A stretch of DNA of 51,920 nt from Deferrisomatales bacterium (GCA_033551855.1 JAWSUI010000026.1:1-51920); one strand, 5' to 3'; counted from the first letter of the stretch, positions 29,405 to 40,190 are shown. The notes: generated from the sequence alone by a model not told the origin. Translations and numbers: made by a program.

Positions 29405-32400
29405 CTACCCCAGCAGCTCGTCCAGCCCCATCAGCACCTGCTTCGGCGCCGAACCATACTGCTGTGCGGCCTTGTTGGGGCAAGCCATGGTGCAAGCCCC
29501 GCAAGCCTCGCACAAGAGGGGGTCCACGACCGCCACGTTCTTCTCCACGAGGTCGAGGCTCCGAGCCCCGTACGGGCAAATGTCCACGCACACACCGCAC
29601 CGGGAGCAGATCCTCTCCACCACGTAGGAGGCCCTCTCCAGGGACCGGCGGGCGCCCCGGGCGAGCAGCGCCGAGCACCGGGCCGCTGCGGCGCCGGCCT
29701 GGGTGAGGCTCTCCTCGATGTGCTTGGGGGCATGGCAGAGGCCTGCCATGTAGACGCCCTTCTTCGCGAAATCGGTGGTCGCAGCCTTGGGGTTCTTCTC
29801 CACGAAGAAGCCGTGGGCGTCCGTCTCCACCCCATAGAGCTCGGCGAGCCGCCGGTTGCCCTCGGCATCGGGGGCCATACCGGCGGAGAGGACGAGCCAG
29901 TCGGGGGTCTCCGTGACCTCCCCGCCCAGGCCTGGGTCGGTAAAGCGCACCGAGACCGTGTCGCCCTGAGCTTCGACCGCCGGCCGACGGGCCAGGTCGA
30001 AGGGCACAAAGGCGACCCCCTTGTCTCGGGCCTCCCGGTACTTGTGCTCGAAGGCGCCGTAGGTCCGCAGGTCCCGGTAGAGCACCGTGACCTCGACGTC
30101 AGGGTTGCCATCGAGGATCTTGAGGGCGTTCTTCACGGCGTGGGTGCAGCACACCCGGGAGCAGTAGGGCCGGCACCCCTCCGCCTCCTCGCGGGATTCC
30201 ACGCACTGGATCATCACGACCTTCCCGCCGGGGAGCGTCCCCTCGGCGAGCTTCTGCTCCAGTTCCTTCTGGGTCAACACCTTGGGGCTCCGGCCGTAGC
30301 CGTAGCTGTGGGGCTTCACCTCACCCGCGCCGGTGGCCAGGGCCACCGCGCCGTGGAGCACCTCCACCGGGCCCTCTTTGGTCTCCACCTGGGTCCGAAA
30401 CGCGCCCAGCCGCCCATGGGCCGACCCCACCTTGGCCCCGGTGTACACCCGGACGTTGGGATGGGCCTTGACCCGAGATTCCAGAGTCTTGAGAAGCTCG
30501 CCCGGCGCCCCCCCCTTCACGGTGAACCGCGCCGTGCGCAGATTCCCGCCCAAGGTCGGTTCTTTCTCCACCAAGTGCACGGCGTGCCCCATGTCGGCCA
30601 GGCGAAGCGCCGCCCCGAGGCCCGAGGCCCCGCCTCCCACGACGAGGGCGGTGCGCTCGACCGTCTCGCGCACCACCGGCGCAAAACCGCCGTACCAGGC
30701 TTCCTTCACCGCCTGAGCCAGGAGGGCGCGTGCCCCGGCCTCGCCGGCACCCATGCCCTGGGGGTTCTCCAGGCACGCCTCCCGGAGGTTCGCCACGGTG
30801 AGCACCCCGGGGTGGACGCCCATGTGGCGGAACATGTGGGCGTAGAGCTTCTCGACGATTCGGTAGGAGCAAGCGGCGAGCACCACCCGGTTGGGCTCCT
30901 TCTCGCCGAAGACCCGGCGCACCTCGTCCATTCCGGCCTTCGAGCACACGTGGGACGCGGTGTGGACGAAGGCCACGCCGGGCATCCCCCTCGCGGTCTC
31001 GGCCAGGGCCTCGAAGTCAGCCTTCTGCTCGTTGAAGCCCTCGCAGGTGCAGAGAAACACGCCGATCTTCGGCGCCTCGGCCCGGAAGTCCGCAGGGGTG
31101 GGCATGTCCGGCTCGTCGGCGTCCGCTGCCTGCGCGAGCCCGATTGCCGCGAGGCCCGCCGCGCAGGCGCCCTCCGCCGTGCTCTCCGGGATGTCCTTCG
31201 GCTCGCGGAAGGCACCACAGGCGTAAACGCCGGGCACATTGGTTTCGCAGGGAGAGAACTCGGGCCCGCCACAGAACCCGCCGTCGGCCAAATCCACCCC
31301 AAAGGCGCCTGCGAGCCTGCGAGTCTCGTCCGTCTCGCAAAAGCCCGAGGAGAGCACCACGAGGTCGTGCTTCGCCTCGACGGCCTTTCCGGCCTCGTCG
31401 GCGATCTGCAGGAGCAGCTCCCGGCTCCCCGGCACCTGACGGATCACCGACGGGATCGCCCGCACGAACCGGATGCCCAGAGCCTCCGCCCGGCGCAGGT
31501 AGGCCTCGTAATCCTTCCCGAAGGTGCGCAGGTCCATGTAGTAGACCGTCACCCCCAGGTCGGGGCAGCGCTCCCTCGCGAAGAACGCCTGTTTCAAGGC
31601 GAACATGCAGCAAACCGAGGAGCAGTGCCCCTGGCCGAGCTCCGCGTCCCGGCTGCCCACGCACTGGATGAAGGCGAGACTCCGAGGGGCGGTCCCGCTT
31701 GAGGGGCGCACGGGCCGGCCGCTCGTTGGGCTCCCCGCGGCCAGCATCCGCTCGAAGCGCACGGCCGAGAGGACGTCCGGATAGCGCCCAAACCCATACT
31801 CCTCCTTGCGGCTTGTCGGAAACACGTCGGCGCCCGGGGCGAGCACCACAGAGGCGGCCTCCACCTCGTGGGCCACCGGTTTCGCGTCCAGGTCGATGGC
31901 CCCCGGATCGCAGACCTCCACGCACTTGCCGCACCGCGTGCAGGAATCCGGGTCCACCACGTAGGCCTTGGCCACGGCCTTCGGGTAGTACTTGAAGACG
32001 GCCTTCCGCTTCTCCAGCCCGTCCCCGAACTCCCGGGTCACTTCCACCGGGCAGACCTCTTCGCAGGCGCCGCAGTCGGTGCACTTCTCCGGGTCCACGC
32101 AGGAGGCCTGCTGGGCCACCTTTACCCGGAAGGCGCCCGCCTCACCTTCCACGGATTCCACCGACGTGTACGGCAGGATCTCGACGTTCTCGTGAAGCTC
32201 GCACTGCACGAAGGGGCAGTAGGTGGGCGTGTCGCACGCCATGAAGCACACGCCGCAGGACTGGGTGGGAAACTGGTTGTCCAGCAGCGGGAAGAAGCCG
32301 CCGATGGCCGGCCGCTTGTCGAGGAGCACCACCCGGTGCCCCCGCTCCGCGAGCACCAGGGCGGACTGCATCCCCGCCAAGCCGCCGCCGACCACCAGGG

Positions 32401-32425
32401 CCGTGTTCTTGGAAGATTCGCTCAT
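29405..32425 (-). CDS. hdrA: large HdrA-family flavoprotein with two FAD domains (1006 aa)
   Basis: [10 protein letters not shown], inserted ferredoxin ([23 protein letters not shown]), QCVGSRD..CSSVCC; then [37 protein letters not shown]-terminal ferredoxin. Confidence 0.9.
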   Translation of the reverse strand: MSESSKNTALVVGGGLAGMQSALVLAERGHRVVLLDKRPAIGGFFPLLDNQFPTQSCGVCFMACDTPTYCPFVQCELHENVEILPYTSVESVEGEAGAFRVKVAQQASCVDPEKCTDCGACEEVCPVEVTREFGDGLEKRKAVFKYYPKAVAKAYVVDPDSCTRCGKCVEVCDPGAIDLDAKPVAHEVEAASVVLAPGADVFPTSRKEEYGFGRYPDVLSAVRFERMLAAGSPTSGRPVRPSSGTAPRSLAFIQCVGSRDAELGQGHCSSVCCMFALKQAFFARERCPDLGVTVYYMDLRTFGKDYEAYLRRAEALGIRFVRAIPSVIRQVPGSRELLLQIADEAGKAVEAKHDLVVLSSGFCETDETRRLAGAFGVDLADGGFCGGPEFSPCETNVPGVYACGAFREPKDIPESTAEGACAAGLAAIGLAQAADADEPDMPTPADFRAEAPKIGVFLCTCEGFNEQKADFEALAETARGMPGVAFVHTASHVCSKAGMDEVRRVFGEKEPNRVVLAACSYRIVEKLYAHMFRHMGVHPGVLTVANLREACLENPQGMGAGEAGARALLAQAVKEAWYGGFAPVVRETVERTALVVGGGASGLGAALRLADMGHAVHLVEKEPTLGGNLRTARFTVKGGAPGELLKTLESRVKAHPNVRVYTGAKVGSAHGRLGAFRTQVETKEGPVEVLHGAVALATGAGEVKPHSYGYGRSPKVLTQKELEQKLAEGTLPGGKVVMIQCVESREEAEGCRPYCSRVCCTHAVKNALKILDGNPDVEVTVLYRDLRTYGAFEHKYREARDKGVAFVPFDLARRPAVEAQGDTVSVRFTDPGLGGEVTETPDWLVLSAGMAPDAEGNRRLAELYGVETDAHGFFVEKNPKAATTDFAKKGVYMAGLCHAPKHIEESLTQAGAAAARCSALLARGARRSLERASYVVERICSRCGVCVDICPYGARSLDLVEKNVAVVDPLLCEACGACTMACPNKAAQQYGSAPKQVLMGLDELLG

Positions 32426-32444
32426 ATTCCGTCTCGATCTCACG

Positions 32445-32489
32445 TCCGACCTGCCGGACCTGTCCGACTCGTCCGACGGGTCCGACAGG
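32445..32489. repeat. 9-bp tandem repeat family C
   Basis: GTCCGACCTGCCGGACCTGTCCGACTCGTCCGACGGGTCCGACAG. Confidence 0.8.
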
Positions 32490-32496
32490 AACCCGT

Positions 32497-33333
32497 CTAT
32501 CGAAACAACCCCGAGGGGTCCACCATGTGCTTCTTCCACCACTTCTCCCGGCCCGGGAGCTGGAGGGCCTCCCCCAGGACCTCGGTGACGTAGAGGATCG
32601 GGAAGCCGAGCCCGCTCTGGCGCATGTCCAGGTTGATCTGGCACAGGCCGCAGGAGACGACGATGGCGTCGGCGCCGGCCGACCGGGCCTGGGTCACGAG
32701 CCGGGTGCACAGCGTCTGGGCCCGGTCCCCGTGGCCAAAGGCCAGGTCCGCCCCACAGCAGTCCACCTTGTAGGACCAGTCCAGCGCGGTGGCCCCCACG
32801 GCCTCGCAGGCGGCCTCGAGCACCGTGGGGTTCTCGAAGGAGCTGCGGCCCGTGACCCGTTGGGGCCTCACGAGCTGGCATCCGTAATAGGCCACCACCT
32901 TGAGGCCCGTGAGGCGCTTCTCCACCCGGCTGCGGAGTTGGTCGATCACCCCGGGCCGCTCCAGCCAGTCCACCAGGGACAGGACCTCCATCCTACCCTC
33001 CCAGGTGAACTCCAGGACCCGCCCCAGCCTCTCGGCTTCCTCGCCGCCGTCCTCGAAGGCCGTCTTCGCCTTCTTGACGTTGTTGTAGCAGCCCGCGCAG
33101 GGGATGATCAGGTCCTTGCCGGCGGCCTGGGCGATGGCGAGGTTCCTGGCAGGGAGCCCCAGCCCCACGAAGTGGTTCACGTTGTGGGCGGAGGCACCCC
33201 CGCAGCAGTTCCAGTCCTCGATCTCCTGCAGGCCGTAGCCCAGCGCCTCGAACACCCCCACCGTCGATGCGTTGAACTCCCAGCCCGTGGAGTGGGCCGT
33301 GCAGCCCGGGTAATAGCTGAAATCCATGTTCAT
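32497..33333 (-). CDS. hdrB: heterodisulfide reductase subunit B (copy 2)
   Basis: [35 protein letters not shown] (two CCG domains). Confidence 0.92.
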   Translation of the reverse strand: MNMDFSYYPGCTAHSTGWEFNASTVGVFEALGYGLQEIEDWNCCGGASAHNVNHFVGLGLPARNLAIAQAAGKDLIIPCAGCYNNVKKAKTAFEDGGEEAERLGRVLEFTWEGRMEVLSLVDWLERPGVIDQLRSRVEKRLTGLKVVAYYGCQLVRPQRVTGRSSFENPTVLEAACEAVGATALDWSYKVDCCGADLAFGHGDRAQTLCTRLVTQARSAGADAIVVSCGLCQINLDMRQSGLGFPILYVTEVLGEALQLPGREKWWKKHMVDPSGLFR

Positions 33334-33383
33334 CCTCTGGGAAGCCGCCGGCCTTCGACCCCGCCGAGACCGCCCTCCAACCA

Positions 33384-33407
33384 GCAACGCGCAACGAGCA
33401 ACGCGCA
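33384..33407. repeat. 7-bp tandem repeat GCAACG[CA] (family D-type)
   Basis: GCAACGC GCAACGA GCAACGC GCA, 2 nt from the hdrC stop. Confidence 0.7.
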
Positions 33408-33409
33408 CC

Positions 33410-33952
33410 TCAAAGCTTCAGCCCCGACTCGTCGAAGATCTTCGCCACCTGGGCCTTCCCCTTCACCGAGGAGGGCATCAGCGGGATCTTTCCCTTGGCG
33501 AAGAGCTTCGCGCCTCCGAGGGCCTCTCCCATGAACCCCTTCTGGAGGAACATCTTGCTCCTCCACATGAACTCCGCGAGCATCGTGGCCTCGTGGACCC
33601 GGCCGAACCGCTTGGCGCTACCCACGAAGGCCCGGTGGAAGGCCATCACAGCGGGCTCGGGGAGCCGCCGCCCCTCCTCTACCGCCATGGATCGGAGGGC
33701 GTCCATGATGGGCGAGAGGTAGATGCCGTTCGGGCACCGCGTCCCGCAGGTCTCGCAAGTGACGCACATCCAGATGGCGCTGGAGCCCAGGAGCTCCTCC
33801 TTCATCCCCTTCTGGACCATGCGGACCACGCCGTGGTTGGGCCACTCGAACCAGGGGACCGTGGGGCAGCCCCCCGTGCACTTCTTGCACTGGTAGCAGC
33901 GGGAGAGGTTCTGCCCGCTGCTTTCTTGGATTTCTGCTGCAAACGGGTGCAT
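33410..33952 (-). CDS. hdrC: heterodisulfide reductase subunit C (copy 2)
   Basis: CYQCKKCTGGCP, IWMCVTCETCGTRCPNG. Confidence 0.9.
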   Translation of the reverse strand: MHPFAAEIQESSGQNLSRCYQCKKCTGGCPTVPWFEWPNHGVVRMVQKGMKEELLGSSAIWMCVTCETCGTRCPNGIYLSPIMDALRSMAVEEGRRLPEPAVMAFHRAFVGSAKRFGRVHEATMLAEFMWRSKMFLQKGFMGEALGGAKLFAKGKIPLMPSSVKGKAQVAKIFDESGLKL

Positions 33953-33976
33953 CTCGCTCCCTCGCTGCCTTTCCGT

Positions 33977-34008
33977 CATAGGTCCTGTAGATCCCGTGGG
34001 ACCTATAG
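33977..34008. repeat. 9-bp tandem repeat family B (degenerate)
   Basis: CATAGGTCCTGTAGATCCCGTGGGACCTATAG. Confidence 0.7.
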
Positions 34009-34020
34009 CCGGTCCTGCCC

Positions 34021-35769
34021 CTACCCGCAGGCCGCCTCGCCCTCGGGCTCGGTGAAGATCTCGATCTCGCCGATCACCTGGACCGGGCTGTCGTTCTTGA
34101 GCTGGCAGGCCTTGTTCGGGCACACGGCCACGCACGCGCCGCAGCCCTGGCACAGGGCCTCGTTGACCCGGCTGAACCGCACCCGTTCGTCGAGCTCGCG
34201 GGCGCCGTAGGGGCAGATGGGCACGCACAGGCCGCACGCGGAGCAGATGTCGGGGTCCACCCGTGCCACCAGCGGGTCCTGGGCGAGCTCCTCGTTGGCG
34301 AAGAGGCTCTGCACCTTGGACGCCGTGGCCAGGGCCTGGGCCACGGAGTCGGTGATGTCCTTGGGGTACTGCCCGGCACCGGCGAGGTACACGCCCCGGG
34401 TCGAGCTCTCCACCGGCCGCAGCTTGATGTGGCTCTCCTGGAAGAAGCCGTTCTGGTCCACGCTGGCGCGAAAGAGGCTCGCCACCTCCTCGTACCCGGG
34501 CGAGGGCTCCACCGCCATGGCCAGCACCACGAGGTCAGAGGTGAGCTCGAGCTTCTCTCCGGTGAGGGTGTCGGCGGTCCAAAGAGCCAACCGATCGCCC
34601 TCTCTCCAAACCTTCGAGACCCGGCCCCTGATGTAGACGAGCCCCCCTTCCTCGATGTTCCGCTGGCAGTACTCCTCCGTGTCCTTGCAGTCGGTACGGA
34701 TGTCCATGTAGGAGACGACCACCCGACCCCCGGGGCTTCGCTCCTGGAAGAGGCGCGCCTGTTTGTTGGTGTAGAGGCAGCAGACTCGCGAGCAGTAGGG
34801 CTTGTGGTTCTCCGGGTCGCGGCTCCCCGAGCACTGGATGAAGACCACGTCCCGGACCGCCTTCCCGTCCGAGGGCCGGCGCACCGGCTCCCCGGAGTCG
34901 AAGCTCCGGCGCAGCAGATCCTCGAAGGCCAGGGAGTCGATGACGTCGGCCACCGCACCGCCGCCATACTCCGCCATGGCCTCCACCGGGTAGAGGCGGT
35001 AGCCCGTCGCCACGACGATGGCGCCCACGGTCTCGTCCGCCGTTTCGCGGGCGGATGTCCCGTTTCCCTTCTCGATCTTCACCTCGAAGTTGCCCACGTA
35101 CCCCGCCACCTCGGTGACCCGGCTGCCGGCGTAGAGCCGGATGTTGGGGTGGTTCTCCACGGCCTCGACCCGGGGCGCCAGGATGTCCCGGGCGTCCTCG
35201 TGATAGGGGAAGGTCTTGGAGAGGCGCCGCACGTTGCCGCCGAGCTCGGCCTCCCGCTCCACCACGACCGTCTCGTACCCTGCGTCGGCGAGGTCGAGGG
35301 CCGCGGACAGGCCGGCGATGCCCGCACCGACCACCAGGGCCCGCTTGGTCAGGGGTACCCGGATGGCCTCCAGGGAGGCGTTCTTGCGAACCTTCTCCAT
35401 GGTGGCCCGGATGATGTTGAACGCCTTGCGGGTCGCGGCGCCCTTGTCGCGCTGGTGCACCCAGGAGCACTGCTCCCGCACGTTGGCGATCTCCACGAGG
35501 AAGGGGTTCAGCCCCACCGACGCGGCGGCCTTTCGGAAGGTGTTCTCGTGCATCCGCGGGGAGCAGGAGGCCACCACTAGCCGGTCGATCCCCTTCTCCT
35601 GGATGGCGGTCTTGATCCGGTCCTGCCCGGGGTCCGAGCACATGTACATGTAGTTCTCGGCGTGGACCACGTCGGGGATCCGGCGGAGATCCTCCACCAG
35701 CTCGTGCACGTCCACCGTGCCCGCGATGTTCGACCCGCACCAGCAGATGAAGACGCCGATTCGATTCAT
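34021..35769 (-). CDS. hdrA: HdrA-family flavoprotein A' (N-terminal Fe-S domain, FAD, C-terminal ferredoxin; no inserted ferredoxin)
   Basis: IGVFICWCG, MCS, SCSPRMHE, NVREQCSW, ALVVGAGIAG, QCSGSRD..CSRVCC, CSACGLCVPICP, CQGCGACVAVCP. Confidence 0.92.
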   Translation of the reverse strand: MNRIGVFICWCGSNIAGTVDVHELVEDLRRIPDVVHAENYMYMCSDPGQDRIKTAIQEKGIDRLVVASCSPRMHENTFRKAAASVGLNPFLVEIANVREQCSWVHQRDKGAATRKAFNIIRATMEKVRKNASLEAIRVPLTKRALVVGAGIAGLSAALDLADAGYETVVVEREAELGGNVRRLSKTFPYHEDARDILAPRVEAVENHPNIRLYAGSRVTEVAGYVGNFEVKIEKGNGTSARETADETVGAIVVATGYRLYPVEAMAEYGGGAVADVIDSLAFEDLLRRSFDSGEPVRRPSDGKAVRDVVFIQCSGSRDPENHKPYCSRVCCLYTNKQARLFQERSPGGRVVVSYMDIRTDCKDTEEYCQRNIEEGGLVYIRGRVSKVWREGDRLALWTADTLTGEKLELTSDLVVLAMAVEPSPGYEEVASLFRASVDQNGFFQESHIKLRPVESSTRGVYLAGAGQYPKDITDSVAQALATASKVQSLFANEELAQDPLVARVDPDICSACGLCVPICPYGARELDERVRFSRVNEALCQGCGACVAVCPNKACQLKNDSPVQVIGEIEIFTEPEGEAACG

Positions 35770-35779
35770 TCCAAACCCC

Positions 35780-35869
35780 GTGATCGGTGCTCGGTGATCG
35801 GTGATCGGAAGAAACGAATCACGACCGCCCTCACCCGCCGCCTCTCACTGTTCACTGTTCACTGCTTAC
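35780..35869. repeat. 7-bp tandem repeats in two opposed arms (family D-type)
   Basis: GTGATCG GTGCTCG GTGATCG GTGATCG ... TCACTGT TCACTGT TCACTGC TTAC. Confidence 0.8.
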
Positions 35870-35872
35870 CCG

Positions 35873-37198
35873 TCACGCCGCCTCGCGGCGCAGCCGCGAG
35901 AGGAACACCTGCACCTTGCTCGCAGCCGCCGAGGCGTGGGCCACGGTGTCGGCGATGTCCCGGGGGCCCTGGCAGGTGCCGGCGACGACGATCCCCTCCC
36001 GGCCGGTCTCCACCGACCCCACCTTGTAGTGGAGCTCCCGGAAGAAGCCGTTGTCGTCCACGGGGATGCCCAGCGTCCGCGCGAGCTCGACCTGCTCCGG
36101 GTTGGGCACGGCGGCCATGGCCAGCACCACCAGGTCGGTATGTACCTCCACGGGCTGTCCCGAGAGGGTGTCGGTCCCCCAGACGACGACCTTGTCGCCG
36201 TCTCGAAAAATCTTGGAGACCCGGCCCCGTACGTAGACCAGGCCCTCCTCCTCTGTGGACTGCTGGAGGAACTCCTCGTAGCCCTTCCCGGTGCAGCGAA
36301 GGTCCATGTAGAACAGGGTCGCCCGGCCGTGGTGCTCCTTGTGCTTGTAGAGGCGGGCGTGCTTCGCCGAGTACATGCAGCAGATACGGCTGCAGTAGGG
36401 CTTGTGGTTTTCGGGGTCACGGCTCCCCACGCACTGGACGAACACGATGTCCTCGGGGACCTTGCCGTCCGAAGGCCGGAGCACCCGGCCCGCCGTGGGG
36501 CCCGAGGCCGAGCAGAGGCGCTCCATGGCGAAGCCGTCGATCACGTCCGGGACCGTGCCGTACCCATACTCGCCCATGGCCGAGATGGGGTAGAGCTCGA
36601 AGCCCGTGGCCACCACCACGGCCGCCACGTCCTCCTCGACGGTGCTCTCCTCCTGGTCGTAGACGATCGCCCCCACCGGGCAGACTTTCGCGCACACGCC
36701 GCACTTGCCGTACAGGAGGTAGCGGCAGTGTTCCTGGTCGATGATGGGCTTGTTGGGGACCGCCTGGGGCGAGAGGGTGTAGATGGCCTTCTTGGCCCCC
36801 ACGCCCCGCTCGAAGGCATTGGTGGGCACCTTGGTGGGGCACTTCTCCTGGCAGGCGCCGCAGCCCGTGCACTTCGTCCAGTCCACGTAAGACTTCTTGC
36901 GCCGGATCCGGGCGCGGTACGCCCCGGGCTCCCCCTCCAACCCCACGACCTCGCTCCAGGTGTAGAGCTGGATGTTCGGGTGTTGGCCCGTCTCCACCGT
37001 CCGCGGTGTGAGGGTGCACTGGGCGCAGTCCAACGTCGGGAAGGTCTCGGAGAGCTGGAGCATCCGGCCACCCACGCTGGGCAGGCGCTCCACCATCACC
37101 ACCTGGTGCCCCGCGTCTCCCAGGTCCACCGCCGCGGTGATGCCGGCGATCCCGCCGCCGATGACCAGGACGCGCTGTTTGTCGTTCAGATCAACCAT
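35873..37198 (-). CDS. hdrA: short HdrA-family flavoprotein (FAD + inserted ferredoxin; QmoA-sized)
   Basis: VLVIGGGIAG, TFPTLDCAQC, CTGCGACQEKCP, CGVCAKVCP, QCVGSRD..CSRICCMY; lacks N-terminal and C-terminal Fe-S domains. Confidence 0.9.
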   Translation of the reverse strand: MVDLNDKQRVLVIGGGIAGITAAVDLGDAGHQVVMVERLPSVGGRMLQLSETFPTLDCAQCTLTPRTVETGQHPNIQLYTWSEVVGLEGEPGAYRARIRRKKSYVDWTKCTGCGACQEKCPTKVPTNAFERGVGAKKAIYTLSPQAVPNKPIIDQEHCRYLLYGKCGVCAKVCPVGAIVYDQEESTVEEDVAAVVVATGFELYPISAMGEYGYGTVPDVIDGFAMERLCSASGPTAGRVLRPSDGKVPEDIVFVQCVGSRDPENHKPYCSRICCMYSAKHARLYKHKEHHGRATLFYMDLRCTGKGYEEFLQQSTEEEGLVYVRGRVSKIFRDGDKVVVWGTDTLSGQPVEVHTDLVVLAMAAVPNPEQVELARTLGIPVDDNGFFRELHYKVGSVETGREGIVVAGTCQGPRDIADTVAHASAAASKVQVFLSRLRREAA

Positions 37199-37216
37199 GA
37201 ACCCACCCTTCACCCG

Positions 37217-38083
37217 TCACAGCCCGCGCGCCTGGAGCGCAGGCCGCGGGTCGGTGTGGTTGCGGCTCACGTCCATGGCCTCCGCCGCCTCCCCCAGGGC
37301 CAGGGCCAGGAGCTGGGTGAAGTAGAGGACCGGCAGCCCCCTGAAACCCTGCTCGGCCTTGGCCATCTCCCCCTGGCGCTCCTCGATGTTGAACTGGCAC
37401 AGCGGGCAGGCCGTCACCAGTAGCTCGGCCCCCCGCTTCCGGGCGGAGTCGATGATCTCCCGGGAGCAGCGGGTGGCCATGGCGTCGGAGTGGACCACCT
37501 GGAAGGCGCCGCAGCACTCGGCCTTCATGGGGTAGTCCACCGGCTCCGCCCCCAGGGCCCGCAGCAGATCCTCGAAGATCGAGGGGTTGTCCGGGTCGTC
37601 CATGGCCATCTCGGCCTTGGGCCGCAGGAGGAGGCACCCGTAGAACGGCGCCACCTTCAGGCCCGCCAGGGGCTTCTCCACCTTGGCAGCCAGGCTCTCG
37701 AACCCCACGTCGTCCCGGAGGACTTCCAGGTAGTGGACCACATCCAGGTCCCCGGCATAGGGCTCTTCGATGAAATCCGTCACCTTCGCCCGACGCTCCG
37801 GGTTGGTCTTCATGACGTGATTGGTGCGCTTGAGAACGTTGTGGCAGACCGCGCACAGGGTCACGAGTTTCTCGCCGCCCTTCCGGCCCCGGGCCAGTAC
37901 GCGAGTCGGCGAGGCGAGCGCCATGTCGTAGTCCTCCGCCAGGGGGAAGGTAGCCCCGCAGCACGTCCAGTAGGGCATCTCCTCGAGGGTGAAGCCGAGC
38001 TTCTCGCCCGCCGTCTTCCCGGCCTCGTCGAAGCTCTTGCCCTTCGTGTAGAGGGTGCAGCCTGGAAAATACTGATAATTCAT
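37217..38083 (-). CDS. hdrB: heterodisulfide reductase subunit B (copy 1)
   Basis: YFPGC, WTCCGA, LCAVC, FYGC, ECCGA, TACPLCQFN. Confidence 0.92.
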   Translation of the reverse strand: MNYQYFPGCTLYTKGKSFDEAGKTAGEKLGFTLEEMPYWTCCGATFPLAEDYDMALASPTRVLARGRKGGEKLVTLCAVCHNVLKRTNHVMKTNPERRAKVTDFIEEPYAGDLDVVHYLEVLRDDVGFESLAAKVEKPLAGLKVAPFYGCLLLRPKAEMAMDDPDNPSIFEDLLRALGAEPVDYPMKAECCGAFQVVHSDAMATRCSREIIDSARKRGAELLVTACPLCQFNIEERQGEMAKAEQGFRGLPVLYFTQLLALALGEAAEAMDVSRNHTDPRPALQARGL

Positions 38084-38113
38084 GTGGACTCGCCTCTCTG
38101 GAGAAGCCTTATC

Positions 38114-38193
38114 GACGGGATAACGGGATCAACCGGATGTTGACGCTTCTACACCCAAAACCACGACAATCCCGTTCATCCCGTTATCCCGTC
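38114..38193. repeat. GACRGGAT-family inverted repeat (family A)
   Basis: GACGGGATAACGGGATCAACCGGATG ... AATCCCGTTCATCCCGTTATCCCGTC. Confidence 0.88.
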
Positions 38194-38204
38194 CAATACG
38201 TCTT

Positions 38205-38618
38205 TCAACTCAGGGACAAGAACTTCCGATACCCGCTGATGAAGGCGATCTGGGGGGCCTTCTCCAGATACTCCTTCGGGAACTTCCGGATCTCGATCTC
38301 GTTCTTGCCCTTGCGGAGTTGGAGCATCCGGATCGCTTCCATGATCCGCGCCAAGTCCACCCCCTTCGGGCACACGCTCATGCACTGGAGGCACGAGGCG
38401 CAGATCCAGGGCGTGTTGGCCTCGAAGACCCTCTCGTCGAGCCCCAGCTGCAGGTAACGGATCACCTGGCTCGGGAGCATGTCCATCTCGGGCGTGGCCG
38501 GGCAGGCAGCGGAACACTTGCCGCACTGGTAGCACCGGTACACGCTCTGGCAGGAGATCTCCTCGACCTTCTTGATCCGGTCGTTCCGTACCTTGTCGCC
38601 GTCAAGCTTCACGCGCAT
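38205..38618 (-). CDS. hdrC: heterodisulfide reductase subunit C (copy 1, short)
   Basis: CYQCGKCSAACP, WICASCLQCMSVCPKG. Confidence 0.9.
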   Translation of the reverse strand: MRVKLDGDKVRNDRIKKVEEISCQSVYRCYQCGKCSAACPATPEMDMLPSQVIRYLQLGLDERVFEANTPWICASCLQCMSVCPKGVDLARIMEAIRMLQLRKGKNEIEIRKFPKEYLEKAPQIAFISGYRKFLSLS

Positions 38619-38651
38619 GTCGATTCCTCATTCGGGCCAAAAAACCTATTT

Positions 38652-38735
38652 GACGGGATTACAGGATGTACGGGATAGGAAGACCAAGTCCGCGAGCGCC
38701 CATCATCTCTATCCCGTTCATCCCGTGATCCCGTC
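38652..38735. repeat. GACRGGAT-family inverted repeat (family A)
   Basis: GACGGGATTACAGGATGTACGGGATAG ... ATCCCGTTCATCCCGTGATCCCGTC. Confidence 0.88.
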
Positions 38736-38758
38736 CAAGACTCCGTCGACTCACACCC

Positions 38759-39310
38759 TCACCCGACCTTGGCGTACTGCTTCCGCCCTTCGGCGTACAG
38801 GTCACCGCCGCGACAGTCGATGATGACCGTCGCGGGGAAGTCGACCACCTCCAGCCGGCGGATTGCCTCGGGCCCCAGGTCCTCGTAGGCCACGATCTCC
38901 GAGGTAACGATCCGCTTCGCAATGAGCGCCGCGGCGCCGCCCGTCGCGCCGAAGTACACCGCCTTGTGCCGCTTCATGGCCTCGACGACCTCGGCGGCGC
39001 GCTTGCCCTTGCCGATCATGCCCTTGAGCCCCAGGCCGATCAGTACCGGGCTGTAGGGGTCCATGCGATAGGAAGTGGTAGGGCCGGCGGAGCCGATGGG
39101 GCGCCCGGGGGGGGCCGGAGTCGGCCCGACGAAATAGATCACCTGGCCCCGGACATCGAAGGGCAGCGGCTTGCCGTCCCGCACGAGCTCGACGAGGCGG
39201 GCGTGGGCCGCGTCGCGCGCCGTGTACACGGCTCCGGAAAGGAGCACCGGGTCGCCGGCGGAAAGCGCCTCCACGTCGGCATCGGTGAGGGGCGTGGTGA
39301 GGCGGGTCAC
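38759..39310 (-). CDS. class I fumarate hydratase, beta subunit (Fe-S hydro-lyase family)
   Basis: YTARDAAH, GPTP, GPTTSYRMD, MIGKG, GGAAAL, DLGPEAI; GTG start overlaps alpha stop. Confidence 0.9.
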   Translation of the reverse strand: MTRLTTPLTDADVEALSAGDPVLLSGAVYTARDAAHARLVELVRDGKPLPFDVRGQVIYFVGPTPAPPGRPIGSAGPTTSYRMDPYSPVLIGLGLKGMIGKGKRAAEVVEAMKRHKAVYFGATGGAAALIAKRIVTSEIVAYEDLGPEAIRRLEVVDFPATVIIDCRGGDLYAEGRKQYAKVG

Positions 39311-40149
39311 AGCTCCACCTCCTTGTGCCGCGCCGAGTGGCACTGGATGTTCACGGCCACCGGGAGGCTCGCGATGTGGCAGGGGTGGGCCTCCACGTGC
39401 ACGTCCAGGCTGGTGGTGGTGCCGCCCAAGCCGGCGGGGCCGATCCCCATCCGGTTCACGGCCTGGAGGAGCTCCTCTTCGAGCGCGGCGTAGTAAGGGT
39501 CCGGGTTTCGCTGCCCCAGGGGGCGCAGCAGCGCGAGCTTCGACAGGTAGGCCGCCACCTCGAAGGTTCCCCCGATGCCCACCCCCACGACAGTGGGCGG
39601 GCAGGGGTTCGGGCCTGCCTGGCTCACCCGGTCGAGCACGAACCTCTTGACGCCCTCCACGCCGTCGGCGGGCCGGAGCATGGCGATACCGCTCATGTTC
39701 TCGCTGCCGCCTCCCTTGGGGGCGAACGTGACCTTCACCTGCTGCCCGGGGACGACCTTCACGTGCACCACCGCCGGGGTGTTGTCCCCGGTGTTCTTCC
39801 GACGCAGGGGGTCTGCAACGATGGACTTGCGCAGATACCCCTCCTGATAGCCCTGTCGCACCCCCTCGTTCACCGCCTCGTAGAGATCGCCCCCGACCAG
39901 GTGCACGTCCTGCCCCAGTTCCACGAAGACGACCGCGAAGCCCGTGTCCTGACACAGGGGGAGCTTCTCCTCCCGTGCGATGCGGGCGTTCTCACAGAGC
40001 TGGTCCAGAATGTCGCGGCCGGTAGGGCTTTCCTCCACCGCGCGAAAGCTGGCGAAGGCGTCGAGCACGTCCCGGCCGAGCTCGGTGTTGGCCTCGACGG
40101 CCATGCGGCGCAGGGCCTGGGAGATCTCTCGAACGTGGAGCTCGCGCAT
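39307..40149 (-). CDS. class I fumarate hydratase, alpha subunit
   Basis: PLCQDTG, NTGDNTPA, PKGGGSEN, NPCPP, GPAGLGG, HIASLPVAVNIQCHSAR; fumarase rather than tartrate dehydratase is inferred from context. Confidence 0.9.
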   Translation of the reverse strand: MRELHVREISQALRRMAVEANTELGRDVLDAFASFRAVEESPTGRDILDQLCENARIAREEKLPLCQDTGFAVVFVELGQDVHLVGGDLYEAVNEGVRQGYQEGYLRKSIVADPLRRKNTGDNTPAVVHVKVVPGQQVKVTFAPKGGGSENMSGIAMLRPADGVEGVKRFVLDRVSQAGPNPCPPTVVGVGIGGTFEVAAYLSKLALLRPLGQRNPDPYYAALEEELLQAVNRMGIGPAGLGGTTTSLDVHVEAHPCHIASLPVAVNIQCHSARHKEVEL

Positions 40150-40190
40150 GGCCCCCCTCGGAGGGTTCGGTCGGGAAGGATCACAGGCCG

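Noticed and set aside
29405..37198. Selenocysteine recoding in HdrA genes
   Set aside because: All three HdrA frames are open with Cys at the motifs; the A/A' split has its own RBS/start and a 100-bp spacer, not an in-frame UGA
34021..38618. QmoABC/sulfate-reduction locus
   Set aside because: No aprAB, sat or membrane QmoC nearby; context is TCA enzymes and MvhD is a separate gene
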